Shown piece after piece: positions 24,695 to 33,932 of a DNA stretch of 64,000 bases. This DNA comes from Gemmatimonadota bacterium. Lineage in GTDB: Bacteria; Gemmatimonadota; Gemmatimonadetes; Gemmatimonadales; GWC2-71-9. Below the pieces are notes generated by a model, which did no database searches, was not told the DNA's origin, and was given only the letters and a program-made list of their open reading frames with translations. Numbering within the stretch: position 1 is the stretch's first letter; the number at the start of each line of letters is the position of its first letter. Both the position numbers and the translations under genes were made by a program. Location of the stretch: positions 37,377 to 101,376 of the forward strand of contig JAZDCY010000016.1 in NCBI GenBank assembly GCA_036679645.1, written 5' to 3'.

Positions 24695-26872
24695 TCACTG
24701 CCGGGTGGTGGGACCGGATCCGATGGTGATCACCCGAGTTCGGGATGCCGTTTGCCCGGTGACGTGCTCCGTGATCTGGACGGTGATCGTGTAGGTGCCT
24801 TCTGGCGCGTCCCGGAGATCGACCGTCAGGTACTCGACCTGTGTCCCGTCCGGGCCGGTTTCGACCTGCCGCTCGTACGATATCTCGACCTTGTCGTCGC
24901 CCAGCGCCGAGAGTCCCATAGCGTCCCCGATTCCGCCAATCACGCGGGCGGCCCATCCATGTCGCTCGATGGCGTCGACGGTCACCGCCAGGTTCACGGT
25001 GTACTGCGTCGTACCCAGGGAATCCTTCGGCAGGTTGTAGATCTCCCAGAGAAGGGCCAGGGGCGACTCGGGTTCGAAGCGGCCGGCGTTGGGCCCGATC
25101 AGGAAATCCGACCAGCGGGTGAAGTTGGAATCGCGCGGCGCCACGCGGTCAGCAGCCAGGACATCCGAGAGCGCGAGCGCGCCGCCGGTCTCGTACGAGC
25201 GCACGCGCAGCATCGCCGCGGAGCGGGCGCCCCGCTCGAGCACCGGGAGATGGGCTTCCACGCGCAGGATGTACTCGTTTGGCGGCAGCGACAGATACCA
25301 CGACTCATTGCGGATGTCGCGTTCGGGTACATCCCGTAGCACGTTGTCGCGCCGGTGGCGCGCCAATTCGCGGCCGGTGCCGGTCCACAGAATGACCGCC
25401 GTCTCCAGTGCGAGATCGGTAATCCGCGCCGAGTCCACCATCCGTCTGACCGGGATCGCGGAGAAGACCGCGACCAGGGTCTGCTGTGGATTGGGTCCAC
25501 GGAACTGCGCCGTCTGTACCAGGACCGTGTCGAGCGCCAGGAAAATCGGCACGTTATCAAAGCGAGCCGGACTCCGCTCGGCCGCCACGCGCGCGGCCTC
25601 GCGGCCGAAGTCGCCAAACCGGGCGCGTGTGAAACCAGGCGTCAGGTTGAACAGAAATCGCAGGCGCGCTCGGACGTAGACCCACGCAATCTCCTGGCGA
25701 TTGAACATCGCCCAGATATCCGGCGGACCGTAGCGGACGTAGACGGCCCCGATATCGGTGTCGAAGCCGCGGAAGTTCAGGTAGGGATCACTCCACCGGT
25801 GATCGACATAGGTGATCCGCGCGAAAAACTCTACGCGCAATTCGTTGGCGTCAGTTAGGGCTAACGGTTGGGCGGCCGCCCAGTAGGTGGTATCCAGGGC
25901 CGCCCGGGAGGGCGCGGACATCTGGGTGTAGTCGCGCCTGTCGCCGCGCCGCATGATCCGGCCCAGATCGAGATACGGTGCCCAGTCGCGCGGCGCCATG
26001 AGCGCCAGCGCCGTGTCGAACGCCGCCTCCGCCTCCTGCCAGCGCCGCTCGCGCGTGAGTGCCAGCCCCAAGAGCGCCCAGGCACGTCCTGAGTCCGGGC
26101 TGACCCGAACGAGGTTTCGTGTCTGTTCCAGTGCCTCCGGCCACCGGTCGTGTTCCCCCATCAGCACGACCAGCAGGCCCGCGGCGTCGATGTTGGCGGG
26201 ATCGGCATCGAGGGCGGCACGCGCGCGGTCCTCGGCTTTCACGCGGTATTCTTCCCCGGCGTCCCTGGAAGCCATCCGCGAACGCGTGCGAAAGAAGGAC
26301 TCGACGTACCGCCAGTCGGCGTCGAACAGGAAAGCGCTCACCCCGGTGCGAACCGCTCCCACAAAGTCGTTTGCCAGGTAGCGTCGCCCAAAGTGCTCAT
26401 ACCGCTCCCACTCGACGCGGGCAGCCCGGTACTCGAGCGTGGTCAGGTCCGCGGCGTCTGCGCCGTGCCGGATCGCCGCCGCGCGTGCTCGCTCGATCAG
26501 GCGGGGGACCTGGAGACGCGTGAAGCTGTTGTCCTCTCGCCGGAAGAGGTCCGCCAGAGCCAACAGGTACTTGGCACTGTCGGACTCGAACCGCGCCGCA
26601 TAGCGAAAATGTTCCTCCGCGATTCGCCGGTTCTTGTCGACGGCGGCATCAGGTACGATGCGGGCGCGGTGGATCAGGCCGAGTCGGTAGTGCGCCTCGG
26701 CGTTACGCAGGTTGTGGTCGATGAGGTCTTCGAAGATGGCAATGGCCGCCGCCGTGTCCGCCTGGACCAGCAAACGGGAGGCGGCATCCAGCGTCTGCGC
26801 ACTGGTCCCCCGCGGCGCGGCCCCCAGCGCCACCAACCCGAATAGGGCGACGACTCTCCAGCGCACAGCCAT
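24695..26872 (-). CDS. GWxTD-domain protein 3
   Basis: Signal peptide; AEAHYRLG TPR; YVDHRWS...GFDTDIGAVYVRYGPPD. Confidence 0.85.
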   Translation of the reverse strand: MAVRWRVVALFGLVALGAAPRGTSAQTLDAASRLLVQADTAAAIAIFEDLIDHNLRNAEAHYRLGLIHRARIVPDAAVDKNRRIAEEHFRYAARFESDSAKYLLALADLFRREDNSFTRLQVPRLIERARAAAIRHGADAADLTTLEYRAARVEWERYEHFGRRYLANDFVGAVRTGVSAFLFDADWRYVESFFRTRSRMASRDAGEEYRVKAEDRARAALDADPANIDAAGLLVVLMGEHDRWPEALEQTRNLVRVSPDSGRAWALLGLALTRERRWQEAEAAFDTALALMAPRDWAPYLDLGRIMRRGDRRDYTQMSAPSRAALDTTYWAAAQPLALTDANELRVEFFARITYVDHRWSDPYLNFRGFDTDIGAVYVRYGPPDIWAMFNRQEIAWVYVRARLRFLFNLTPGFTRARFGDFGREAARVAAERSPARFDNVPIFLALDTVLVQTAQFRGPNPQQTLVAVFSAIPVRRMVDSARITDLALETAVILWTGTGRELARHRRDNVLRDVPERDIRNESWYLSLPPNEYILRVEAHLPVLERGARSAAMLRVRSYETGGALALSDVLAADRVAPRDSNFTRWSDFLIGPNAGRFEPESPLALLWEIYNLPKDSLGTTQYTVNLAVTVDAIERHGWAARVIGGIGDAMGLSALGDDKVEISYERQVETGPDGTQVEYLTVDLRDAPEGTYTITVQITEHVTGQTASRTRVITIGSGPTTRQ

Positions 26873-26990
26873 GATCCGGTACTACCCTAGCTAGAGTCTC
26901 CCGTTTCCCGCTCCAACCTTGCCCCGCATCGTCCCATTCCCCCCGTACCACACCCTACTCGCCGCACCCATTACACTCGGCACTCGGCAC

Positions 26991-28016
26991 CTATTCAAAC
27001 ATCGACCCCTGTCCCCCGACCGGCGGGGTGAACCCGAAATGCCGGTACGCCGCCGGCGTGGCCGCCCGACCGCGGGGCGTGCGGTGGAGAAACCCGCGCT
27101 GAATGAGGAACGGTTCGTAGACCTCTTCGATCGTCCCCGCGTCCTCGCCTACCGCAACGGCGATCGTGTTCAGGCCCACGGGCCCGCCGCCGAACTGCTC
27201 GATGATGAGCTTGAGAATGCGGCCGTCCATGTCATCGAGCCCATACTCATCGACGTTCAGTCGTGCCAGCGCCGACTTGGCGATGGCCTGCGTGACGGTG
27301 CCGTCCGCCTTGACCTGCGCGAAGTCGCGCACGCGCCGGAGGAGGCGGTTCGCGACGCGCGGCGTGCCGCGGCTCCGTTTCGCGATCTCCCAGGCGCCTT
27401 CGCGGTCGATCGTGACGTCGAGTATCCCAGCTGACCGGACGATAATGGCCGCCAGGTCCTCTGGCGGATAGTAGCCCAAGCGCTCGACGATGCCGAACCG
27501 GGCGCGCATGGGAGGCGTGAGCATCCCGTACCGAGTCGACGCACCCACGAGCGTGAACGGCTGGAGATCCATGGGAATCGTCTGCGCGTGCGGGCCGTCG
27601 GCAATGCGCACGTCGACGCGAAAGTCTTCCATGGCGGGGTAGAGGAACTCTTCCAGCTGCGGTCGAAGACGATGGATCTCGTCTATGAAGAATACGTCGC
27701 CGCGTTCGAGCGTCGTCAGCATCCCCACGAGGTCGCCCGGTTTTTCCAGGACCGGTCCGCTGCTGGTGCGGAGATTCACTCCCATCTCCCGGGCGACGAG
27801 TATGGCGAGTGTCGTCTTCCCGAGGCCCGGTGGGCCGAAGAAAAGCGTGTGATCGAGTTGGTCCCCCCGCTGTTTGGCCGCGTCGATCGCAATCTGCAGG
27901 CTCTCCTTCACCTGCTCCTGGCCCACGAACTCGTCGAGGCGAGACGGGCGCAACGTCGTCTCGGCGGATTGCTCCTCGGGCAGGATGTCCGGAGTCGTGA
28001 TCTCGCGGTTGGTCAT
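26991..28016 (-). CDS. ruvB: Holliday junction branch migration helicase RuvB
   Basis: [42 protein letters not shown]. Confidence 0.98.
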   Translation of the reverse strand: MTNREITTPDILPEEQSAETTLRPSRLDEFVGQEQVKESLQIAIDAAKQRGDQLDHTLFFGPPGLGKTTLAILVAREMGVNLRTSSGPVLEKPGDLVGMLTTLERGDVFFIDEIHRLRPQLEEFLYPAMEDFRVDVRIADGPHAQTIPMDLQPFTLVGASTRYGMLTPPMRARFGIVERLGYYPPEDLAAIIVRSAGILDVTIDREGAWEIAKRSRGTPRVANRLLRRVRDFAQVKADGTVTQAIAKSALARLNVDEYGLDDMDGRILKLIIEQFGGGPVGLNTIAVAVGEDAGTIEEVYEPFLIQRGFLHRTPRGRAATPAAYRHFGFTPPVGGQGSMFE

Positions 28017-28177
28017 GTTTTGGGGGCCGCGTGCCAGAACACCGGACGCTCGCGCTTCTCGATTGTGTGACGGGTCCGGCAGGTGTAGCAGCGATCGTCG
28101 GCGCGTGTGGCATTAGGCGGGACGAGCCGCCGATTCGTTGCGCCACACTTGGTGCACTGCCATTCCGCGGTGGTCAT
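28013..28177 (-). CDS. Small Zn-ribbon protein (54 aa)
   Basis: [17 protein letters not shown]...[10 protein letters not shown]; ATGA overlaps with both the ruvA stop and the ruvB start. Confidence 0.8.
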   Translation of the reverse strand: MTTAEWQCTKCGATNRRLVPPNATRADDRCYTCRTRHTIEKRERPVFWHAAPKT

Positions 28178-28767
28178 GTCGCTCCCGTCAGAGACTGGAG
28201 GGCTGTCCGGATCACGTCGGCCGTGTTCGCCTGACCGTGCTCCGCAACGGCCGCCCGCACGGCGCGGTCGGCTTCCGCCGCGCGGTACCCGAGGTTCGTG
28301 AGCGCCTGTACCGCCTGGTCGGCGGCCGGCAACGGCGCGGGGGCGTCTCCGGCCGCAGAGAGGTCGCGCATCTTGTCCTTCAGTTCGAGCACCAGGCGTT
28401 CGGCCGTCTTCTTGCCTACACCCGGCACGGTGCACAGTGCGCCCAGGTCGCCTCCCCGTAGCGCCTGCACCACCCGGTCGCCACCCAACGCAGACAGCAT
28501 CGCGAGCGCGAGCCTAGGTCCCACACCGGAAGTACCGAGGAGCCGCTGGAACACGAGGCGCTCGTACTCGCGGTCGAACCCGTAGAGCGCCCACCCGTCA
28601 TCGCGCACTACCAGTACCGTGTTGAGATCGACGGCTGCGCCCTCACGCGGCAGCCGTTCGAGCACGCCGAGCGGAACGGCCAACTCGTATCGGACACCGG
28701 CTGCCGTTTCCACCGTGACCTTGTCGCCGGTCCGCGCGGTCAGGGTCCCCCGGATGCCGGCAATCAC
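28174..28767 (-). CDS. ruvA: Holliday junction branch migration protein RuvA
   Basis: MIAGIRGTL, LYGF, SGVGPRLA, VPGVGKKTAERL, ALTNLGY. Confidence 0.97.
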   Translation of the reverse strand: MIAGIRGTLTARTGDKVTVETAAGVRYELAVPLGVLERLPREGAAVDLNTVLVVRDDGWALYGFDREYERLVFQRLLGTSGVGPRLALAMLSALGGDRVVQALRGGDLGALCTVPGVGKKTAERLVLELKDKMRDLSAAGDAPAPLPAADQAVQALTNLGYRAAEADRAVRAAVAEHGQANTADVIRTALQSLTGAT

Positions 28768-29249
28768 GGGCGTGCCGACGTCAGGATATAGGTCAACGCC
28801 AGGGCGATGCCGTCGGCGGCGTCGTGGGGCGATGGTTGCTCGCGCAATCGGAGAAGCTGCATGACCATGTACGCGACCTGGTTCTTGGTGGCTTGACCGC
28901 GTCCCACCACCGTTTTCTTGACGGCGGCTGGCGCGAACTCGGCTATTTGCGCGCCCGCCTGCTCCGCCGCCAGCAGGATGACGCCGCGGGCGTGACTCAA
29001 CGATACGGTCGTCCGCACGTTCTTCGCGTAGAACGTGCTCTCGACGGCGATAACCTGCGGCTCGTGCCCGGCAATCAGCGCCTCGACCTCGGTGTAAAGG
29101 TGCCGCAGACGCGTCGCGAGTTCAGCCCGCGCGGGCGTCCGGATCACGCCACATTCGACAAGTCGGCCGGCACCTCGCGGCGATCGTTCCACGACGCCGT
29201 AGCCGGTAACGGCGGTGCCGGGATCGATCCCCAGCACCAGCTCGCTCAC
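28764..29249 (-). CDS. ruvC: Crossover junction endodeoxyribonuclease RuvC
   Basis: LGIDPGTAVTGYG, AVESTFY, DAADGIALA. Confidence 0.97.
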   Translation of the reverse strand: MSELVLGIDPGTAVTGYGVVERSPRGAGRLVECGVIRTPARAELATRLRHLYTEVEALIAGHEPQVIAVESTFYAKNVRTTVSLSHARGVILLAAEQAGAQIAEFAPAAVKKTVVGRGQATKNQVAYMVMQLLRLREQPSPHDAADGIALALTYILTSARP

Positions 29250-29995
29250 CCGCCGACCGCCGCTAGCGTCTCCGCATCGATATCGAAATTGCTGAACACT
29301 TTCGAGACGTCGTCGTGATCTTCGATCGCCTCCATGAGGCGCAGGAGCCGTTCGGCATCGGGGCGCTCGACCTTCACGGTATTCGTCGGAATCATGGCGA
29401 TTTCAGAATGTTCGGGCTCCATGTCGCGGCTGCGCAGGCCGTCGAGCACCTGATGCAATGCGGTGGGGTCGGTGGTGATGACGTATACGTCACCATCCCG
29501 AACGAAATCGTCCGCACCCGCCTCCAATGCCGCCTCCAGGGTCGAATCCTCGTCATAGCGTGAGGCATCGAGCGTCATCTGCCCCTTTTTCTCGAACATC
29601 CACCCGACCGATCCCGCGCTGCCGAGACTGCCGCCCTTTCTCGAGAAGATATGCCGGAGTTCCGCCACCGTGCGGTTGAGGTTGTCAGTGGTAACCTGGA
29701 TCATGATGGCGGCTCCACCGGGGCCGAAGCCCTCATACGTCGCCTCCTCGTATGAGACCCCCTCCAATTCGCCGGTGCCCTTCTTGACGGCTCGATCGAT
29801 GTTGTCGGCCGGCATGTTCGCGGCCTTGGCGGCCTCGACCGCGGAGCGTAGGCGTGCGTTGCCTGACGGGTCACCCCCGCCTCCGCGCGCGGCGACCGTG
29901 ATTTCCTTTATCAACTTGGTGAACTTGGCGCCGCGCTTTGCGTCGGTCACCGCCTTCTTGTGCTTGATCTGCTTCCACTTGCTGTGGCCAGCCAT
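29246..29995 (-). CDS. yebC: YebC/PmpR family protein
   Basis: MAGHSKWKQIKHKK, EGFGPGG, DHDDVSKVFSN. Confidence 0.97.
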   Translation of the reverse strand: MAGHSKWKQIKHKKAVTDAKRGAKFTKLIKEITVAARGGGGDPSGNARLRSAVEAAKAANMPADNIDRAVKKGTGELEGVSYEEATYEGFGPGGAAIMIQVTTDNLNRTVAELRHIFSRKGGSLGSAGSVGWMFEKKGQMTLDASRYDEDSTLEAALEAGADDFVRDGDVYVITTDPTALHQVLDGLRSRDMEPEHSEIAMIPTNTVKVERPDAERLLRLMEAIEDHDDVSKVFSNFDIDAETLAAVGG

Positions 29996-30080
29996 ACAGC
30001 CTCGTCGGTGCGGCGACGGTTCGTGAGATCACCAATATAGATGGGCTCGAGAGAGGGTAGCAACGCGCACGGCGCCGGCA

Positions 30081-30938
30081 TCAGTCCGGGTCGAGCAGAT
30101 CCTCGAACCGCATCCACTGCTGGTGGAAATAGAGATCGATAAAACCGGTCGGACCGCTGCGGTTCTTGGCGATCAGTAATTCCGTGGCGCCTTCGACCCC
30201 TCCCCCGGGGTTGTACATCTCTTCCCGATACAGGCTCAGTACGATATCGGCGTGTTGTTTGACCGAACCGAGTGTCCCGAAGTCGTCGAGCGTAGGTCGC
30301 GGGTCGTCCCGTGTGGCGAGCTTCGGCAGCTGCGCTACGGCAAGACAGGCAACGTCGTGCTCCATGGCGACGGCCTTGAGCTCGCGCAGGGCCCACGCGG
30401 CGTCTTCCTCCTGTGTGAGGCGCGCGGAGGGAGGCGGAAGCAGCTGCAAGTAGTCGATGATCAGGAGTGCGGGTTGGTGTCCCCACGCGGGCTCCAGCAC
30501 GTCGTCGAACTGCCGGGCAGTCATTGGGTAGACGGTGAACTGTATGTCGCGGATGCGCAGGGCCGCTGCGCCGATGGCTGAGCGCGCTTGGTCGGACAGT
30601 GCCCCGGCGCGCAGGTCATCGATTTGCTGACGGCCTTCCATGGCCAGAGCGCGCTCGAGAATGCGATCCTCGTTCATCTCGCCAGAGATGAGCACGACGG
30701 GGTATTCCTGTGCCGCGGTCCGGAGCGCCACCGCGAGCGCGAACGCCGACTTGCCGGCACCGACATCTCCGCCCAGGACCACTAGGTCGCGCCGCCGAAA
30801 TCCGCCCCCCAAAGCCCGGTCCACCGATGGGAACCCCGTCGGGACGGTGTCGGGCGCGGGACGCTCGGGCTCGCGCTCATCGACCTGGCGGATGAGGTTA
30901 GTGAGCGAGTCGCGTGCGATGCGCCGGGGTGCGCTCAT
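30081..30938 (-). CDS. DnaB-like helicase, C-terminal (RecA-fold) domain only
   Basis: VPTGFPSVDRALGG, GGDVGAGKS, LLIIDYLQL, AKNRSGPTG; no N-terminal domain. AAGGAG SD upstream. Confidence 0.85.
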   Translation of the reverse strand: MSAPRRIARDSLTNLIRQVDEREPERPAPDTVPTGFPSVDRALGGGFRRRDLVVLGGDVGAGKSAFALAVALRTAAQEYPVVLISGEMNEDRILERALAMEGRQQIDDLRAGALSDQARSAIGAAALRIRDIQFTVYPMTARQFDDVLEPAWGHQPALLIIDYLQLLPPPSARLTQEEDAAWALRELKAVAMEHDVACLAVAQLPKLATRDDPRPTLDDFGTLGSVKQHADIVLSLYREEMYNPGGGVEGATELLIAKNRSGPTGFIDLYFHQQWMRFEDLLDPD

Positions 30939-31323
30939 GCCGTCTTTGCTCCTTGATGGCGGACCGTGCCAATCGCAATGCCTGTCCCAACGCGTCGGCC
31001 ACATTGGGACCCAGTGTTTCGCGGGCCGGGGCGACCAGTTGCCCCATAGCTGTGGCACCCGCATCGGGTGTGCCCTCTGCCAGCAGGGCGAACCCCGCCT
31101 TCAGAGCCCGCCGCAGGGGCACCGGTACGGAGAGACTGCTGACCCGCCGCTCGAGCGCATCGAGACGCCGGCGATGCGTGCGTGCGGTCACTGCATGCGG
31201 CGGCAGCAGGCCTTCAGCCACGCGTGCGAACAACCAGATTGCGAAGACACCGTTCCGTTTCGGACCCCGTGCTTCGGCGGCGAGGGCATCCACCAATAGG
31301 TCCTGAACGACGTGGAAGCTCAT
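30898..31323 (-). CDS. Hypothetical helical protein
   Basis: 141-aa ORF overlapping both neighbours in the operon. Confidence 0.7.
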   Translation of the reverse strand: MSFHVVQDLLVDALAAEARGPKRNGVFAIWLFARVAEGLLPPHAVTARTHRRRLDALERRVSSLSVPVPLRRALKAGFALLAEGTPDAGATAMGQLVAPARETLGPNVADALGQALRLARSAIKEQRRHERTPAHRTRLAH

Positions 31324-32282
31324 GCCGCCGACAATGCCGCGTGAACCTCTGCGGGACTGATGTCAATCATGCATCGGTGGTGTCCCAATGGGCAGTGGGT
31401 GCCTCCGAACCGCGAACAGGGGCGGCAGGATAGGGACCGCTGGAGCACAACCGCTTTCGACCGGTACGGAAAGAAGCCAAACGCCTCTACCGTGGGCCCA
31501 AAGAGGGCGATGACCGGTGTCCTGACGGCGGTAGCGAGGTGCATCAGGCCCGAATCGTTGGCCACCACCGCCTGCGCGTTCCGCAGCAAGGCGCCTGTCA
31601 CGCCCAGGTCGGTGGCGAAAGCGTCGATGACGGGTGCTCCGGCAAGACAGGTGCGCTCGTGCGCGAGCCCAACACCGACAACGCGCCGCCCGGAACTCTC
31701 GAGGCGGGTGGCAAGCTGCCGCCAGTGATGGGCCGGCCAGCGTTTGGTGGCGTGCGCCGCGCCCGGCGCGAGGACCACGTAGTCTCCCTGTACGATGTCT
31801 CTCGCGCGCGACTGGTCACCAGGTGTGGTGAAGAACTCCGGGGGCGCACCATCGGGGATCGCGCTGATGGATCGGGCGGCCTCGAAGTATCGCTCGGCCA
31901 TGGGCCCGGGCCCGCGCGCGCGGCGTTTCCACGTGATGAGAAGTCTGCGGCGCACTCGCCACTTGCGATAGGTGCCCCACCGTCCGCCGAGCAACAAGCG
32001 TAATGCTCGGCTACGCAGGCTACCGTGCAGGTCGAGCCGGTGATGCCATCGTGTGATGGCCAAGCGCGCGGCCAGCGAGCGGACGGTCATGCCCGGTTCC
32101 AGCGTGACCACGTGCCGTACGTAGGGGCTGTGCGTCACCAGCGCGCGGTACGCCTCTTTGGTCACGTACGTGATCTCGGTAGACGGGTTCGCGGTCGCGA
32201 TCGCACGGAGCAGCGGTGTAGTCAGGATCACGTCGCCCAACGAGCCAAAACGAACCACGAGGACGGTGGTTGCCAAAGGCAT
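31320..32282 (-). CDS. Glycosyltransferase family 9 (LPS heptosyltransferase-like)
   Basis: VLVVRFGSLGDVILTTP, DLHGSLRS, APGAAHATKRWP, ANDSGLMHLA, LFGPT. Confidence 0.92.
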   Translation of the reverse strand: MPLATTVLVVRFGSLGDVILTTPLLRAIATANPSTEITYVTKEAYRALVTHSPYVRHVVTLEPGMTVRSLAARLAITRWHHRLDLHGSLRSRALRLLLGGRWGTYRKWRVRRRLLITWKRRARGPGPMAERYFEAARSISAIPDGAPPEFFTTPGDQSRARDIVQGDYVVLAPGAAHATKRWPAHHWRQLATRLESSGRRVVGVGLAHERTCLAGAPVIDAFATDLGVTGALLRNAQAVVANDSGLMHLATAVRTPVIALFGPTVEAFGFFPYRSKAVVLQRSLSCRPCSRFGGTHCPLGHHRCMIDISPAEVHAALSAA

Positions 32283-32360
32283 GCTAGCAGAATGTACGAT
32301 TCGCCGGCGAGTCCGGCCACCGCGTTGCCGCCTGTCCGTAGCGCCGGTAGCTTTCGCCAC

Positions 32361-33932
32361 ATGACGCGACCGAAAACGATTCTCTGGGTCGACGACGAGA
32401 TCGAGTCGCTCGAGGCGCATACCCGGTTTCTCCAGGAGCAGGGATACGAAGTCGAACGTGCGGCGCACGGGGACGATGCGTTGGCCCTGCTCCGGCGACA
32501 GCCATACGGGATCGTGTTGCTCGACGAGCAGATGCCGGGAAAACGTGGTCTGGAGCTCGTAGCTGAAATCCGCTCGATCGATCCGGCCGTTCCGCTCGTC
32601 ATGGTGACGAAGAGCGAAGAGGCCGACACGATGCGCGAGGCGATCGGCATCGAGATGGACGACTATCTCGTCAAACCGGTGAACCCCCGGCAGGTGCTGA
32701 GCGTCGTCACGCGGCTGATCGAGGGCGACAGGATTCGCGAACAACGCCTCGCACGCGACTTCGTCACGCGGTTTCGCGAGCTGGAAGAGCAGCGCGGCCC
32801 TCAGATGGGATGGCGTGAGTGGATCGACCTCGTCGGAGAACTCTCGCAGTGGGACGTTCGGCTCGGTCAGGGTGATCAGGGCGGGCTTAAAGATGCGTTG
32901 CGGACATTGCAGCAGAGCCTGCACCAGGACTTCGCACGCTTCATCGAGGCTCGCTACCCCGAGTGGTTGGCCAACCCCGATGGCGACCGACCGCCGCTGT
33001 CGGTGGATGTAGTGAGTGAGTTCCTCTCACCCCTGATCCGGCAGCACGAGACCGTCTTGTTCATCGTCATCGACTGCCTCCGGCTCGATCAATGGGAGGT
33101 GCTGAAAGCGCTGGCCACCGAACGGTTCGATGTCGAGGCGTCCTACTATTTCAGTATCCTGCCAACGGCGACCCCGTATTCACGCAACTCCATCTTCAGC
33201 GGGCTGTTCCCCATCGAGATTGCGGGACGGCATCCGGAGTGGTGGGGGGAGCGCGACGATGAGAGCCTCAATGCGCACGAGTCGGAATTGCTCGAGGAGC
33301 AACTGAAGGAGCTACACGGGAAGAAGGTTCCCATGCGGTATGTAAAGCTCTCGAGTACAGCGGACGGTGAGCAACTTGCCCGACAGCTCCCCGGTTACCT
33401 GGCGCAGCCCGGTGTCACCGCGCTCGTCTTCAATTTCATCGACCAACTCACCCATGGGCGAGCGGAGAACGCCATTCTCTACGAGGTGGCGCGCGACGCT
33501 GCGGCGCTCCGCAGCCTGACCAAGACGTGGTTTCAGGACTCAGCATTGATGCGCGCGTTGCGCGAGGCCGCACGCCGCGGTGTTCCCGTGCTGGTGACGA
33601 CGGACCATGGGTCGATTCACTGTCACACACCCGCCACCGTGTTCGCCAAGCGGGATGCAACCCAGAGCCTGCGCTACAAGTTCGGCGAGGACTTGCGCGC
33701 CGAAGATCCGGACAGCGCGATTAGTGTGAAAGACATGGCCGCTTGGGGGTTGCCACGCCGTCCGCAGCTCGGTCTGCGGCTGGTGTTGGCGACGGGAGAC
33801 CGCTTTTTCGTGTATCCTACCAAGCTTCGGGAGTACCAGGCACGGTATCGCGGAGCGTTTCTGCATGGCGGTGTGACCCCGGAAGAGATGATCCTGCCGG
33901 TCGCGCTACTCACGCCGCGCGGACCCAGTTGA
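32361..33932 (+). CDS. Response regulator with PglZ domain (PorX-like)
   Basis: ILWVDDE, LLDEQMPG, MVTK receiver; IVIDCLR, LPTATPYSRN, VTTDHG, FLHGGVTPEE PglZ motifs. Confidence 0.92.
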   Translation: MTRPKTILWVDDEIESLEAHTRFLQEQGYEVERAAHGDDALALLRRQPYGIVLLDEQMPGKRGLELVAEIRSIDPAVPLVMVTKSEEADTMREAIGIEMDDYLVKPVNPRQVLSVVTRLIEGDRIREQRLARDFVTRFRELEEQRGPQMGWREWIDLVGELSQWDVRLGQGDQGGLKDALRTLQQSLHQDFARFIEARYPEWLANPDGDRPPLSVDVVSEFLSPLIRQHETVLFIVIDCLRLDQWEVLKALATERFDVEASYYFSILPTATPYSRNSIFSGLFPIEIAGRHPEWWGERDDESLNAHESELLEEQLKELHGKKVPMRYVKLSSTADGEQLARQLPGYLAQPGVTALVFNFIDQLTHGRAENAILYEVARDAAALRSLTKTWFQDSALMRALREAARRGVPVLVTTDHGSIHCHTPATVFAKRDATQSLRYKFGEDLRAEDPDSAISVKDMAAWGLPRRPQLGLRLVLATGDRFFVYPTKLREYQARYRGAFLHGGVTPEEMILPVALLTPRGPS

